Shown: in pieces, positions 15,779-61,737 of the stretch
How positions within the stretch are numbered: the stretch's first letter is position 1
Layout: each line of letters begins with the position of its first letter
The notes under the pieces: model-generated
Databases searched by the model: none
What the model was told of the DNA's origin: nothing
The model's input: the letters and a program-made list of their open reading frames with translations, nothing else
Position numbers and translations under genes: made by a program
Source of the DNA: Chrysomallon squamiferum
Taxonomy: Eukaryota > Animalia > Mollusca
Reading direction: 5' to 3'
DNA length: 64,000 nt
Assembly (NCBI GenBank): GCA_012295275.1
Contig: CM022671.1
Coordinates: forward strand, 35,092,001-35,156,000

Positions 15779-16524
15779 AAGGTTTTGTAATGTAAGGGAC
15801 ATAACTCCTTTTCTTTTGGAGAGAAATGGGGGAAAAGTATTTTATTTCTTACCATTGTTATTACAACAATTATATTTCTTTTAAAGCCACAGTGTGTCTG
15901 CTGTTAGAAAATACTATCCAAGAAAATATTACAATAAGACAGCAACAACTACAACATGACCTTTGTACATGAATTTAATTATATATATGTGTGTTTGTGA
16001 AACTGTTTTAATATAACTTTATTACTATCAGAGTTTAATAATTATTATTTTCAAGATAACATCAACCTCATTATTCTTGTTGTTGTTTAAAAGGTTCTGA
16101 TGATATCTATGCGAAGAACGCTCACTGGAGACCCTTGGTTTTGTTTTATGAATATTTCCATGCAGAAACAGGGCGGGGCTGTGGTGCCAGGTATTCTTTG
16201 ATGTTTTTATTTCTTCTTTTTATCATTCTTATATTTTTAAAAAACAACACAAAATACAAAAAATAGTTTTTTTCTTTTTTTTTTTAAATATTTCAATTTT
16301 TTTTTTTTTAAAGAAAACAAAATGCATTTAACCAGATGATTGTTATTTTTTAACCTGATGTTCATTATTTCTTAATCAGTTAGAATATGGCTTTAATTTT
16401 ATTTGTCTTTCTTCCCTCTGCTAACTGCTGTTTCTGTATTGTTTTGTTTATTTCTTTCAGTCATCAGACAGGCTGGACTTCACTGGTGTTAGAATTCCTT
16501 CACAAACTTCACAGTACAGGTTGA
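4649..16524 (+). CDS. GH63/MGH1-like glycoside hydrolase, YMR196W-family homolog (whole spliced gene, 19 coding exons, ~889 aa once one missing base in exon 14 is restored)
   Basis: Phase-consistent exons: 4649-4836, 5558-5726, 6199-6373, 6806-6947, 7612-7703, 8152-8289, 8632-8831, 9585-9696, 10194-10321, 10809-10925, 11722-11864, 12935-13052, 13336-13504, 13863-14048, 14343-14463, 14871-15000, 15403-15582, 16094-16190, 16461-16524. Family motifs appear in order: [127 protein letters not shown]. Family assignment is from recalled motifs, not a search. Confidence 0.88.
5558..5726 (+). CDS. GH63-like gene, exon 2
   Basis: tttatag| [26 protein letters not shown]...[11 protein letters not shown] |gtaaga. 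Confidence 0.88.
6199..6373 (+). CDS. GH63-like gene, exon 3
   Basis: ttcttcag| [16 protein letters not shown]...[10 protein letters not shown]...EFEILNT |gtttaa. Confidence 0.88.
6806..6947 (+). CDS. GH63-like gene, exon 4
   Basis: [16 protein letters not shown]...MPHIWFR; AG/GT boundaries, phases match. Confidence 0.85.
7612..7703 (+). CDS. GH63-like gene, exon 5
   Basis: tttacag| (R)NTWNTDEIK...AEHEK |gtaaaa; completes the WFRNTW motif. Confidence 0.82.
8152..8289 (+). CDS. GH63-like gene, exon 6
   Basis: ...IFTENETR...[11 protein letters not shown] |gtgagt. Confidence 0.85.
8632..8831 (+). CDS. GH63-like gene, exon 7
   Basis: [19 protein letters not shown]...[14 protein letters not shown] |gtaacc. 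Confidence 0.85.
9585..9696 (+). CDS. GH63-like gene, exon 8
   Basis: ...[24 protein letters not shown]... |gtatca; the acceptor (attgaag) is weak, so the 5' boundary is less certain. Confidence 0.78.
10194..10321 (+). CDS. GH63-like gene, exon 9
   Basis: ...[24 protein letters not shown] |gtaact. Confidence 0.85.
10809..10925 (+). CDS. GH63-like gene, exon 10
   Basis: tttcag| YASWDLAFH...YMKPDGQ |gtactg. Confidence 0.88.
11722..11864 (+). CDS. GH63-like gene, exon 11
   Basis: [18 protein letters not shown]...FRKLLLNFK(W) |gtaaat. Confidence 0.88.
12935..13052 (+). CDS. GH63-like gene, exon 12
   Basis: WTSF...[14 protein letters not shown]...LMQ |gtgaat. Confidence 0.88.
13336..13504 (+). 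CDS. GH63-like gene, exon 13
   Basis: [22 protein letters not shown]...SSEP |gtcagt. Confidence 0.85.
13863..14048 (+). CDS. GH63-like gene, exon 14 (contains an apparent 1-nt deletion)
   Basis: [17 protein letters not shown], then a frame switch to [19 protein letters not shown]...; donor gtaagt at 14049. Confidence 0.78.
14343..14463 (+). CDS. GH63-like gene, exon 15
   Basis: ...FLLTAV...[15 protein letters not shown] |gtttgt; phase requires the second AG (14341-14342) rather than 14333-14334. Confidence 0.78.
14871..15000 (+). CDS. GH63-like gene, exon 16
   Basis: VYEHEPY...[24 protein letters not shown] |gtatgt. Confidence 0.9.
15403..15582 (+). CDS. GH63-like gene, exon 17
   Basis: (M)NYLIVQSL...[11 protein letters not shown]...RPSH; phase-1 GC donor G|GCAAGT. 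Confidence 0.85.
16094..16190 (+). CDS. GH63-like gene, exon 18
   Basis: [32 protein letters not shown](S) |gtattc. Confidence 0.9.
16461..16524 (+). CDS. GH63-like gene, last coding exon
   Basis: tctttcag| [20 protein letters not shown], then TGA at 16522-16524. Confidence 0.85.
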
Positions 16525-17146
16525 TCAGTAGAATTCCTTCACAAACTTCACAGTACAGGCTGGTCAGTAGAATTCCTTCACAAACTTCACAGTACAGGCT
16601 GGTCAGTAGAATTCCTTCACAAACTTCACAGTACAGGCTGGTCAGTAGAATTCCTTCACAAACTTCACAGTACAGGCTGGTCTGTAGAATTCCTTCACAA
16701 ACTTCACAGTACAGGCTGGTCAGTAGAATTCCTTCACAAACTTCACAGTACAGGCTGGTCAGTAGAATTCCTTCACAAACTTCACAGTACAGGCTGGTCA
16801 GTAGAATTCCTTCACAAACTTCACAGTACAGGCTGGTCAGTAGAATTCCTTCACAAACTTCACAGTACAGGCTGGTCAGTAGAATTCCTTCACAAACTTC
16901 ACAGTACAGGCTGGTCAGTAGAATTCCTTCACAAACTTCACAGTACAGGCTGGTCAGTAGAATTCCTTCACAAACTTCACGGTACAGGCTGGTCAGTAGA
17001 ATTCCTTCATAAACTTCACAGTACAGGCTGGTCAGTAGAATTATTTCACAAACTTCACAGTACAGGCTGGTCAGTAGAATTCCTTCACAAACTTCACAGT
17101 AGACATATCAGTACAATTCCTTTGTAAACTTCACAATACAGACTGA
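16490..17146 (+). repeat. 39-bp tandem minisatellite (16 near-perfect copies plus 1 degenerate) overlapping the GH63-like stop codon
   Basis: Unit GTAGAATTCCTTCACAAACTTCACAGTACAGGCTGGTCA; the GAATT core recurs every 39 nt from 16492 to 17077. Confidence 0.97.
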
Positions 17147-19430
17147 ACTAAAATAATTTGAAAAATAAGTTTGGTTCTGCTAAACAAAGATAACAAAAAA
17201 AAACACCCCAAAAACCAAACATAATTTTATCATTAATATTATGAAAATTATTTTAGTGTGATATGCTGTATTACTTAATTTTATCATTGGAAAATTTAAT
17301 TTTTAAAAAAGTTACATGTCCATGTTTTTCATTAATTTATTCTTTCTGAAGTTTTAAGCTCTGTAATTTTGTTGTTTATATAATTTTATTACTTGGAAAA
17401 TAATTCAACTTTAATATGTGTGAATGTGGCAAGAGTGTCTGCTTTTCTAAATTATACTTTGTCAAATAACAAATCTTTTTAAATTTCTATTTTTATTATA
17501 TGTGTTTTAATTTATTTTAATTATGTGAGGAAATGTTTCCATCATTACCAAAATGCATATGAAACAGCCGTTATCAACTTGTAATGTACTAAGTTGACAT
17601 ATCAAAATGGTTATTTATTTAATCATTTATTATATAATTTATAATAACTTCAGGTCTGTGCTTGTATATTTTGAGTATAAACAGACAAGAGTAGAGTTTC
17701 AAGTTTCATTTGTTATAATAATCTATTTCAGTGCCAAAAGAAGATTGCTTCAATAAATAATGTTTTACTAAAAGAGTGTCATTAATATAATTGTTAACTC
17801 TAGGCTAATTTTCTGCAAATATCTTATTTATTTTTAAATTATATTTTATTTTAGAACTTTGTTTTGAATTATGATGGTTTGTTTCAAGACGTCACGCACA
17901 ATTTGATATTGAGTGATTAAATTTTGTTTTCCCACCTTCTTGTTTTTATGTTTGTTTTTACATTGATATTCACTAATGTCTCACAAAAAATACCAAGAAA
18001 GTATGAAAGGAAAGCTACTGTAGATCACTTCAATTAGCAGCAGGGAAACTTATTTGTAACGTTAGGAACAGAAAATTGCCTAATGGATGAATGAAGACAA
18101 AACTGAATTGCAGCTCATCTTGCCTCAGAATATTATTCTACATATTTGTTCTGTTCAGAATCACTCGGTTATATTATTTATTTATCATCAGCTAGTGGAG
18201 ACCAAACATTTAACAGTCTTAATATACACATTTTCCATTTAATTAATATACACATTTTCGTATAGACAGGAAAATACATACCATGGTTTTTTATAAACAG
18301 CAAATGGGAGTTGACAAATAATTATACAGTAATGAATAAAATAATAATAATAAAATAATTCTTCTTTTGTTGTATAAGCCTGTTATCGACTAGAAGAAAA
18401 TAACTAGAAAAGAAACGAGTTGATGAATAGTTTATTGATAAAAATACACACAAGACATTTGGCTATTACCCGTGATGACACATTGCACAGCTATGTCCAT
18501 AAACATTAGTATAACAACACGTGTTCAGTACTTAAAACAAAGTTATCTCATTGTGTGTCAGAGTAAAACACTCTCAGAACAACAGACATTGATACATAAT
18601 GTGAGAATCTCTCGCAGCGATACACTGATCTCTGATATACTGGTTAAATTGAAATATCAGAAATGGTCTTTTGATAAAATGTCAGTCAGTCACACTGAAA
18701 CACTGTCAGAACTGGTCATAGTCATAGACTGTCAGAATCAATGAAACATTGTCAGAAAATGGAGAGTAAAATTATTTTGGGTTTCGAGTATGCCATATTT
18801 TTCATGTCATAAGCTTCTATTTGATATCGCCACAATCGAAAAACAAGATTATGACACTATATTTTTTTTTTAATGGATATCTATGGATTTGAAATCATTG
18901 TTATAATACTGTGATAGCTGAAATGTATGTGGCAGCCATATTGAAATTCTCAGTAACTTTGAAATTGAAATTTTTCTTCAGTTCTGATATACAAATGGAA
19001 AAGAATGTTTTCTTTTGAATCAGTTAAAAATTAAATTTCGTTAAAACTATCAGTGTGACTGATTTTGACAGGAAGGGTCACAAACAGTACATATGCTGTT
19101 TTTTAAATGGAGGTTTTATGTTTCTGTTCAAGGAATTTATCATTGAAAAATGATATTTTAAAACAGTTAAAATTATTTTCATCATCTAGAGACTGAAAGA
19201 TAATTTTAATAGTTTATAGTATTGCAGTAAAGATGAATGAAGGAGGTAAGTCAGAGTATAAGGCATTTTTTTTAAACAATTACCTACCAAAAAATGTTAT
19301 CTTAAATTGTCATAGTTACGAAGAATCAAATTAAAAAAATTAATATCTTTATAAACAATTTCATTAATGTTTAAAAGTGAAGGTAATAAAATAAACAGAA
19401 CATACAAAATGTTTTAAAATTACAATTTTG

Positions 19431-19462
<32 letters not shown>

Positions 19463-20210
19463 TGTAAATAAAAAAATATATTGTAAGTTCAAGATGGCAT
19501 ACTCTTAAAAAACAATGTTTAAAAAACAATGTTTAACTCCATTAACATAACAGCAAAATATGATTCACTTTTATTTTTTGAAACAGGATAAAATTAAGAA
19601 TAATTAAATTTTGTACATGTTAATGTTAATTAACACTGACATTAATAACAACTTCAGATAGCTGAGAAATTAAGAATCAGGTTTCTGAATTTATTTTTTA
19701 TATATAAATAAAAAGAAAATGGTTGCAATGTATTGTGGCAAGAAGCAACATATGTTCAGTGTAAAAACAGTGAGTGGGATTACAAATGTAAATGCATATT
19801 TGATTAACTGCATACATGAAATACTCACACATACATCCACTTAGACATACACACACACACACATGCACACACACACACACACTAAGATACTATAAACAAA
19901 GAACACACCAAATAAACACAGATGTTTTAAGTTATTATAGCACATACAGACACTCATGACAGACAGACAAATGCTATACAACACACTCTGATAACAATCA
20001 ACTGTTAGTTTACATTAATAAAACAATCGTATATAAATATTACGTGATTTTAAATACACTCAGTTTTTTTATTAACAATTTACTGTATTTATGCTACCAT
20101 GGTTAAATATCTCAGTAATTTTATCCAGTTATTTTATTTTATTTCAGTAATCTGTTCAGTTGATGACTCCTTTTAATGACCACACTAAATACTATTAGTT
20201 TTAATGAGAA

Positions 20211-20266
<56 letters not shown>

Positions 20267-20648
20267 GCAAATACAAAAAAAAAAAAATAATAAAAAATAA
20301 TAAATAAATAAATACTGTAATAATATACATAAGATAAAGATAATTATGTATAAATAAAAATCCTGAAAAAAAAGAAGCAAACACAAAATTATTAATAATT
20401 AAAAAAAGATAAAAAATTAAAATTAAATGAAATTTCCATAGTTATATCAAATTCATTATTAAATTATTTTGTTTTATTTTACCTCAACAGGAAATTTAAA
20501 TTAATTTTAAAAATAATGAAATTTTTCTTTTCTTCAAACACAATATACCATACAAGAAATGTATTCGCAACTGATTATTCAAATGAAACCAAAAATAACT
20601 GGATGAAATTGAATAGATTAACTAAACAAAACTTGTGCTCTAATTTGA

Positions 20649-20687
<39 letters not shown>

Positions 20688-22052
20688 TAATAAATAACAA
20701 CAATGATAATGATAATAGTAACAACAACATTGCATAGTAAGTGAATTAAATTATTATCCTTTCATACAGAAATATAGAAAAATATGTCATTTGTTGTGCT
20801 GTATATATTTCCAATATATATATACAGATGAGGTATTATGTTAAAATATCAAAGTGGGGGGAGGGGTGGGTGTTGATTTCACAATACAGCATTCTGCAAC
20901 GAAAACTAACATGTTTGAACTTGCTAGTCTGTGGTTTAACTTATAACAGAAACCACTGCTAAAATCGACCACAAAATAATTGAATTTTTTATTTATTTTT
21001 TTAAACATATATATATAATGTTAATGTCTGTTTTAATATACATGTGGTAACAGTTGTTAATGTGAGGTTTAGCAGTTTTAGTGGTTATCTTGGAAAAAAA
21101 AAAATAATAAAAAGGAATAAAAGTTAAAAAAAACTTTAAAAAAAGAAGTAAAAAGCCAAAAAAAAAAAAAAAAAAAAAAGTCATTTAAGAAAAAAAAAAA
21201 AAAAAAAAAAAAAAGATATGTAATAATAATAATAAATAAAAATATTTAAAATCCCTTTAAATTTTTTTTTAATAATCTTTCAAAACATTGCAGAAATTAG
21301 GTGACCTGAGTAAATTTAAAATAATGAAATAATAATAATGAGCATTATTACTGAAAGAATGAACTACTGTGTTTTTGTTACAGGCAGTTTCAAGTTTTTA
21401 TACAGTTAGTTTGTGTTGCAGAATACTGAATTCTGAATAATGCCATACAGATGACTTCCAATTGTTTGTTACTACACTGCATTTAAAGGGGCATAACTCT
21501 CTTTTTCACCAAGTGGAATTGTGATAAATGCACCTGAAAAAAAAAAAAAAAAATAAATAAACAAACAAACAAATAAATAAATAAATAAATAAATAAACAA
21601 ATAATTTTGAAACAATTTTCTATATTTAATCAATCAAAAGAAAGTAATTCTAAAATTTAAATAAATACTTTCAAGCTGTACTAGTTTTAGACATGGAATA
21701 CTTTAATGGGCTGTGTGTAAGGAAAAATAGTTGTCAAAGATCTATATGGTGTTGTTTAAATAATAAAATGTTCTTTAAAAACATCCAGCTTTATTCAGTA
21801 GGTTACTCCTATGCATCTTCCTGTAGTGGAGAATACAGTGTCATTTCATATACCAGTTGGCAGACCCTGGGTGGAATAGGAAACTTAGATAAGAGTGAAA
21901 CTAATCTTTTGTTAAGTTGATGCTCTGCAATTGAGCTTTTGCCCAGTCCTAACTGTGTTTTGGGTTTTTTTACAGTGTATATGTGTGTGTATACATACAT
22001 TTATAGTTTTATGAAGGTGAAAAAATTTAATTCTGTTGATTATACACAGAAC

Positions 22053-56305
<34,253 letters not shown>

Positions 56306-56419
56306 TTTGCTACATGCTCCTTGGATCGTCGACGCCACATATTCCCGACGTTGTGCATGGGACTTTTCTTCAAAACATGCCTACTCCGTCCTCACATGTA
56401 CAACTCCTCATTGTGGGAA

Positions 56420-56438
56420 TGGCGGCGTTCATCAAAGG
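56420..56438 (-). promoter_or_regulatory. Bipartite TCF/LEF Wnt-response element (HMG site plus Helper site)
   Basis: Minus strand reads CCTTTGATG-aac-GCCGCCA, matching SCTTTGATS and GCCGCCR, ~115 nt upstream of the ZNRF3 ATG. Confidence 0.6.
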
Positions 56439-57214
56439 ACCAAAAGTGTTTGTCACGTGACCCGAAGGGTTTCCCCGCCTACGGAGAATGCTGTTTGTAA
56501 TTTTTGCGAAGCCCATTCAAAACCGAGGGGGCCTATGTCGGTTCACTCTCTACCAAACGGAGCTTCTGAAAGGCGGTTATGAATGAGAACCGTTTACTTC
56601 AAGGTGTATAGTAACATTATGACCTACTTGTAAAAATAAACGTGTTAGATAAATATTTGCACACCTGACGATTTTCTGTTACCTTCGCCGTTGGAAAACG
56701 TGTAAATTTACGGAACGTCAAAATACGTGTTGTTGTAACGAAATCTCCTTCTTGTTATTTAAATAACGTTGTTTACAACGTTTCGCAGAATTAGATTTTA
56801 AAATAAATTACTTGTACGTAGCGCTTTAAGTTAGGTATTCTGACGTTTAAATGACTTTGTTTTTACTCTGTTTTACTGAACTAGATTGTAAAATAAATAA
56901 TTTCGTTTTACATAATGCTGTAAACTACTTTTTGTTTATTTATTTATGTATTTATTTATTTATCTATTTTTGTCATTTAAATAACTTTGTTTATGACTCG
57001 CATTGTAAATGATTTCCTGTTAATTGAAATTATACTGTTCAGCGTCGTTTTTAATTATAAATAATTATGTTGTTTGTATAAAATAACTGTTATCATATAT
57101 TTTAGTATCACGGCATAAAAATGAAGCATTAAAGTAAATTAATTTGTATTTCGTATTGCCGCGTCCCATATCATTTTAAAATATTACTTAGCTTTAATAA
57201 TCAGAATTATAAAA

Positions 57215-57245
<31 letters not shown>

Positions 57246-57341
57246 ATATTTCTACGTGTTTTTTATTCTAATTCAAATAACATTATTTAAAAGATTAAAA
57301 CAAAAATAGTTTCGTGGTACTTACTTTTTTTGTTTTGTTCC

Positions 57342-57621
57342 ATTTCATTTAATTAATATATTTTTACTTTGTTTAAAAAGGATTAAACAAATGATTTTCG
57401 TAAAATCAATTTAAATCATTTGTGCAAAATATAAATCTATATAGTCTTAAATACAGAAGTTGTACAAATATACATATATATATATAATATATATATATAT
57501 ATTTCATTTAATTAATATATTTTTACTTTGTTTAAAAAGGATTAAATAAATAATTTTCGTAAAATCAATTTAAATTATTTGTGCAAATATAAATCTATAT
57601 AGTCTTAGATACAGAAGTTGT

Positions 57622-57652
<31 letters not shown>
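57342..57652. repeat. ~160-bp direct tandem duplication, each copy ending in (TA)n
   Basis: ATTTCATTTAATTAATATATTTTTACTTTG...GAAGTTGTACAAATATA at 57342 and 57501, with few substitutions. Confidence 0.93.
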
Positions 57653-57656
<4 letters not shown>

Positions 57657-58813
57657 TATATCTCAGACATAAAGGCATAAAAGCATACACATACAACAAT
57701 AAATACATATATACATTCCAAACAAACTCAGACTTTAAATTTTAATAGTTTTAATACTAGCCTACATTTTTAAACAGTATACTACTACTACTACTAGTAC
57801 TACTACTACTACTCCTCCTCCTCCTCCTCCTACTACTACTACTCCTACTCCTATTACTACTACTAATAATAATAATAAGAAGAAGAAGAAGAAGAAGAAA
57901 GAAGAAGAAAGTAAATAGAAGAACAGTAGTAATAGTGAGCAGTAATAGTGTAGCAGTAATAGTGTAGCAGTAATAAAGAAATAACTAAACATTTTTTATT
58001 ATTTTAATACTATTCTTGCTCCGACTACATTACCTCTACTAGTGAACTACAGCTACTACTACTTTTACTACCAAAACTGCTATTTTACTACTACTACTAC
58101 TACTACTACAAATAATAATACTATTAATAGTAGTAGAAAGGAATAGAAAACTAAACTAACTACCTGCAGGTATCAGACATTTATATTTTACATTAAAAAA
58201 CTGTTTCGTTATGAAAAGTACATCGAACAACGTGGATATTATTTGTTGTTTTATTTTCCCATGTCGTATCTGCAAGCTCTCCAGAGAAGTTATTTATTTT
58301 GCGACCTTTCCCGAATCCTTTTGACCTATTTTAATCCTGGAAACAAAGTAAACGATTAACACAATCCTATATCTTCAAAGAGATCGCTTGTTTATGTGTA
58401 TAAGATGCCTTTGTCTCGTACCGTAAATGTTCTGTTTTTTTTTTTTTTTTTTATTATTTTTATTAATAAATAATGTTTATTTAATATATATATATTTTTT
58501 TTATTTTTTAATTTTTAATTTTTTTTTTTGTTGGAATTAGAATTCTTGTTGTTGTTATTATTATTATTATTAAGTTGTCTTGTTTAATTACGTTATTAAA
58601 GAATACCGATGAATTCGTATCATTAATGTTGCTGTCACTGCTGTTGACGTTGTCGTGGTAGTCATCAATCATCATTATTATCATTATGACAACAAACAAT
58701 ACCAATTTATTAATATGTAATTATGTAATTATTCATTTATTTTACGTTAAAATTAAATATAACAACAACTACTGCTACTAGTACCACCATCACTGTTATT
58801 ATTACTGCTGCTG

Positions 58814-58849
<36 letters not shown>

Positions 58850-59107
58850 TTAATAATAATAATAATAATGATGATGATCACAAGAATAATAATAGTATTG
58901 CTATTAATATTGGCAGTACTAGTAGTGGTGGTAATGGTGGTAGTGGTTATAGTAGTTGTAGTAGAAGTGGTAGAAGTAGTAGTGGTAATGGTGGTGGTGG
59001 TGCTGTGCATTTCGAACATTTTCCAGTTATTATTTAATATGTACTCACTCCGAAACTAGTAAATAAATAGGACAATAAAATCACCAAAAAAAAAAAAAAA
59101 CCCAAAA

Positions 59108-59186
<79 letters not shown>

Positions 59187-59670
59187 TAAAATAAAATAAA
59201 TAAATAATTAAATATAAAAAATGAAACCCATACAGATGTATAAATTCCGTCGTTTTCCCCTACAAAATTGTAGATAATCAAAAAACGCAGTCGGAACACA
59301 TGGTCAGCGAAATAGTTTGTTATTCATCTTTTAAGTGAAAAAAACTTTGAAGTGAAAATCCTTACATTACACACAAGCTGTCAATTAGCGGTTTTTTGCG
59401 TCTAAATATTCGCATATTTTAAATATTATTTAAATACTAGATAGTTTACACCTGTTATCTCGTAACATGTCCTTAGGATAAAATTATTTAGCTTTGTTTA
59501 AGTTTATCGCTCGATATATCAAGTTATCTATCGTGCGAGTTGATAGCTCTTGAAAAAACTATCAGTCACCTCGTATCTCTTTCTTTTGGCTGCTCGTATT
59601 TTTATTTATTTTTTTAAATTTCGTTGGTACGTTTTTTAGTACACGTCTGTCATTAGACCGGTAACGTGAA

Positions 59671-59675
<5 letters not shown>

Positions 59676-59760
<85 letters not shown>

Positions 59761-59796
59761 GGTATTTCTCTGATTCGCTTTCTCGATTTGTCAGTT

Positions 59797-59869
<73 letters not shown>

Positions 59870-59905
59870 GGTATTTCTCTGATTCGCTTTCTCGATTTGT
59901 CAGTT

Positions 59906-59962
<57 letters not shown>

Positions 59963-59994
59963 GTGGGTATTTCTCCTTTCTCGATTTGTCAGTT

Positions 59995-60060
<66 letters not shown>
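59676..60060. repeat. (CT)n tracts alternating with three copies of a ~43-bp unit
   Basis: GTGGGTATTTCTCTGATTCGCTTTCTCGATTTGTCAGTTAG at ~59758 and ~59867, plus an internally deleted copy at ~59963. Confidence 0.92.
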
Positions 60061-60062
<2 letters not shown>

Positions 60063-60740
60063 CCTCCCTCCCTCTCTCTCCACGTTTGTTTCTAGTTAAA
60101 CATACACGTGTATTGCCACATCAAATGGTTTCGATAAAAGCTGCCAGGCTGGCTGGCTGGCTGGCTGTGTATTTAACATGTCGTAACGAACAAAGTGAAA
60201 TTAAAAGCCGTTTTGAAAAAGTCATCGACTCCAAGATCAAAACCATTTTGACATGCAGTCAGTCAGGTCTAGATGAACGTCCGTCATCCACTGGAGGAAA
60301 GTAAAAAAAAACCCACAACCACACAAACATTCTCAAAATCAAAACTTCAAAGATTGAAACATGTCACGCTCTCGTCTTTCTCCTGGGGATGTTAAAACTG
60401 CCTTTGATGTATTACGTTGCGAAATTCGGTCAAATGTGCTGTCTTTTTTTTTTTTTTTTTTCTTCGTCATATCTTCTTCTTCTTCTTCTTCTTCTCTTTC
60501 CCTCGCCACTTCGTATTTCGTCCTTTCGTTCATTCATTTTCATATTTATTTATTTCTTCTTTTTTTTTTTTTTTTTTTAAATTTTTTACGCTTTTTCTTT
60601 ATCTTTCTCTGTCGGTTTCTCGTCTTTAAGATTTTATTCACGTCTTTTTTTCTTCTTTTTTTAATTTTTTTTTTTTTCATAATGCATTTTTTCATTATTC
60701 GTCATGATTTTCCTTTCTTCTTCTTCTTCTTGTTCTAATA

Positions 60741-60785
<45 letters not shown>

Positions 60786-60961
60786 GTTGTTGTTGTTGTT
60801 GTTGTTGTTAATTTGTTTACACTTGTTTATATTTTTCTATTCCTTCTTTCTTTATCATTAATCTATTTTCTTTCAATTGTTATTTTTCTCTTTTCTTTTA
60901 ATAAATTACTCCATTACCTTTTCTTTTTTCTTTTAATTAATTAATTAACTAATTAATTAGC

Positions 60962-61022
<61 letters not shown>

Positions 61023-61529
61023 CATTATTATTATTATGTTCTTTATTTATTCTTTCGTTTTCTTTATTCGTTTTTTTTTTTTTTTTTTAATGTTCGTTTA
61101 TTCTCACCAAAATTTATTCTTTTTCTTCTCTCTCTTCTTTTTTTTTTTATTCTTCTTTCTTTCTATCTTTCTTCTTACTTTCTCTCTTCGGAAGGTATAC
61201 ATACGCGAAAGTAAAGCATCTCATATAGCCGGTGGCATCGTCTGCTACTATTATCGTAAAACCGTCTTACAATGAGACTCTGCATTACTGTCACACATTT
61301 GACAGAGCAGCGGCCAACATCAAAGGATGTGTGTCACCAAGGTCACAGGGGTCGTTACACTTTTGAAAACGATAAAACTAAGCCAGAGTATGAACAAAAA
61401 AAAAAAAACAAAAAAATAGCGAAACGGTTTCCTAGTCAAATGTTTATAATAATAATTAAATAACATGTTTATTTATTGATTTTAAAAAACATTAAAAAAA
61501 TATATATTTTCTTTATATTCGATAACATT

Positions 61530-61589
<60 letters not shown>

Positions 61590-61684
61590 TTTGTCACAAA
61601 TTTCACCATCCTTCTGTTTCTCTGTGCATATAGATAAATTAAATAACAACATTTAAAGAAAGCGAGAGATATTTAAAAAATGCA

Positions 61685-61737
<53 letters not shown>

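Noticed and set aside
16522-16524. TGA as a selenocysteine codon
   Set aside because: The position corresponds to Trp (TGG) in the repeat, the family is expected to end near here, and no SECIS element was recognised
4649-16524. Bacterial contamination or a recent prokaryotic insert as the source of the hydrolase
   Set aside because: It has 18 spliceosomal introns containing host-type microsatellites and is contiguous with a metazoan ZNRF3 gene
16521-17012. 163-aa ORF ([13 protein letters not shown])n as an independent gene
   Set aside because: It starts at TTG, is an alternative frame of the minisatellite, and overlaps the GH63-like stop codon
16490-17146. 39-bp array as a CRISPR array
   Set aside because: Units are head-to-tail with no unique spacers, there are no cas genes, and the context is eukaryotic
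56306-56338. N-terminal extension MASTIQGACSK from the ORF track
   Set aside because: The start codon is GTG; the ATG at 56305 gives a normal signal peptide ending AMA-KE
59676-60060. Repeat-spacer pattern resembling CRISPR
   Set aside because: The spacers are (CT)n microsatellite and there are only three units
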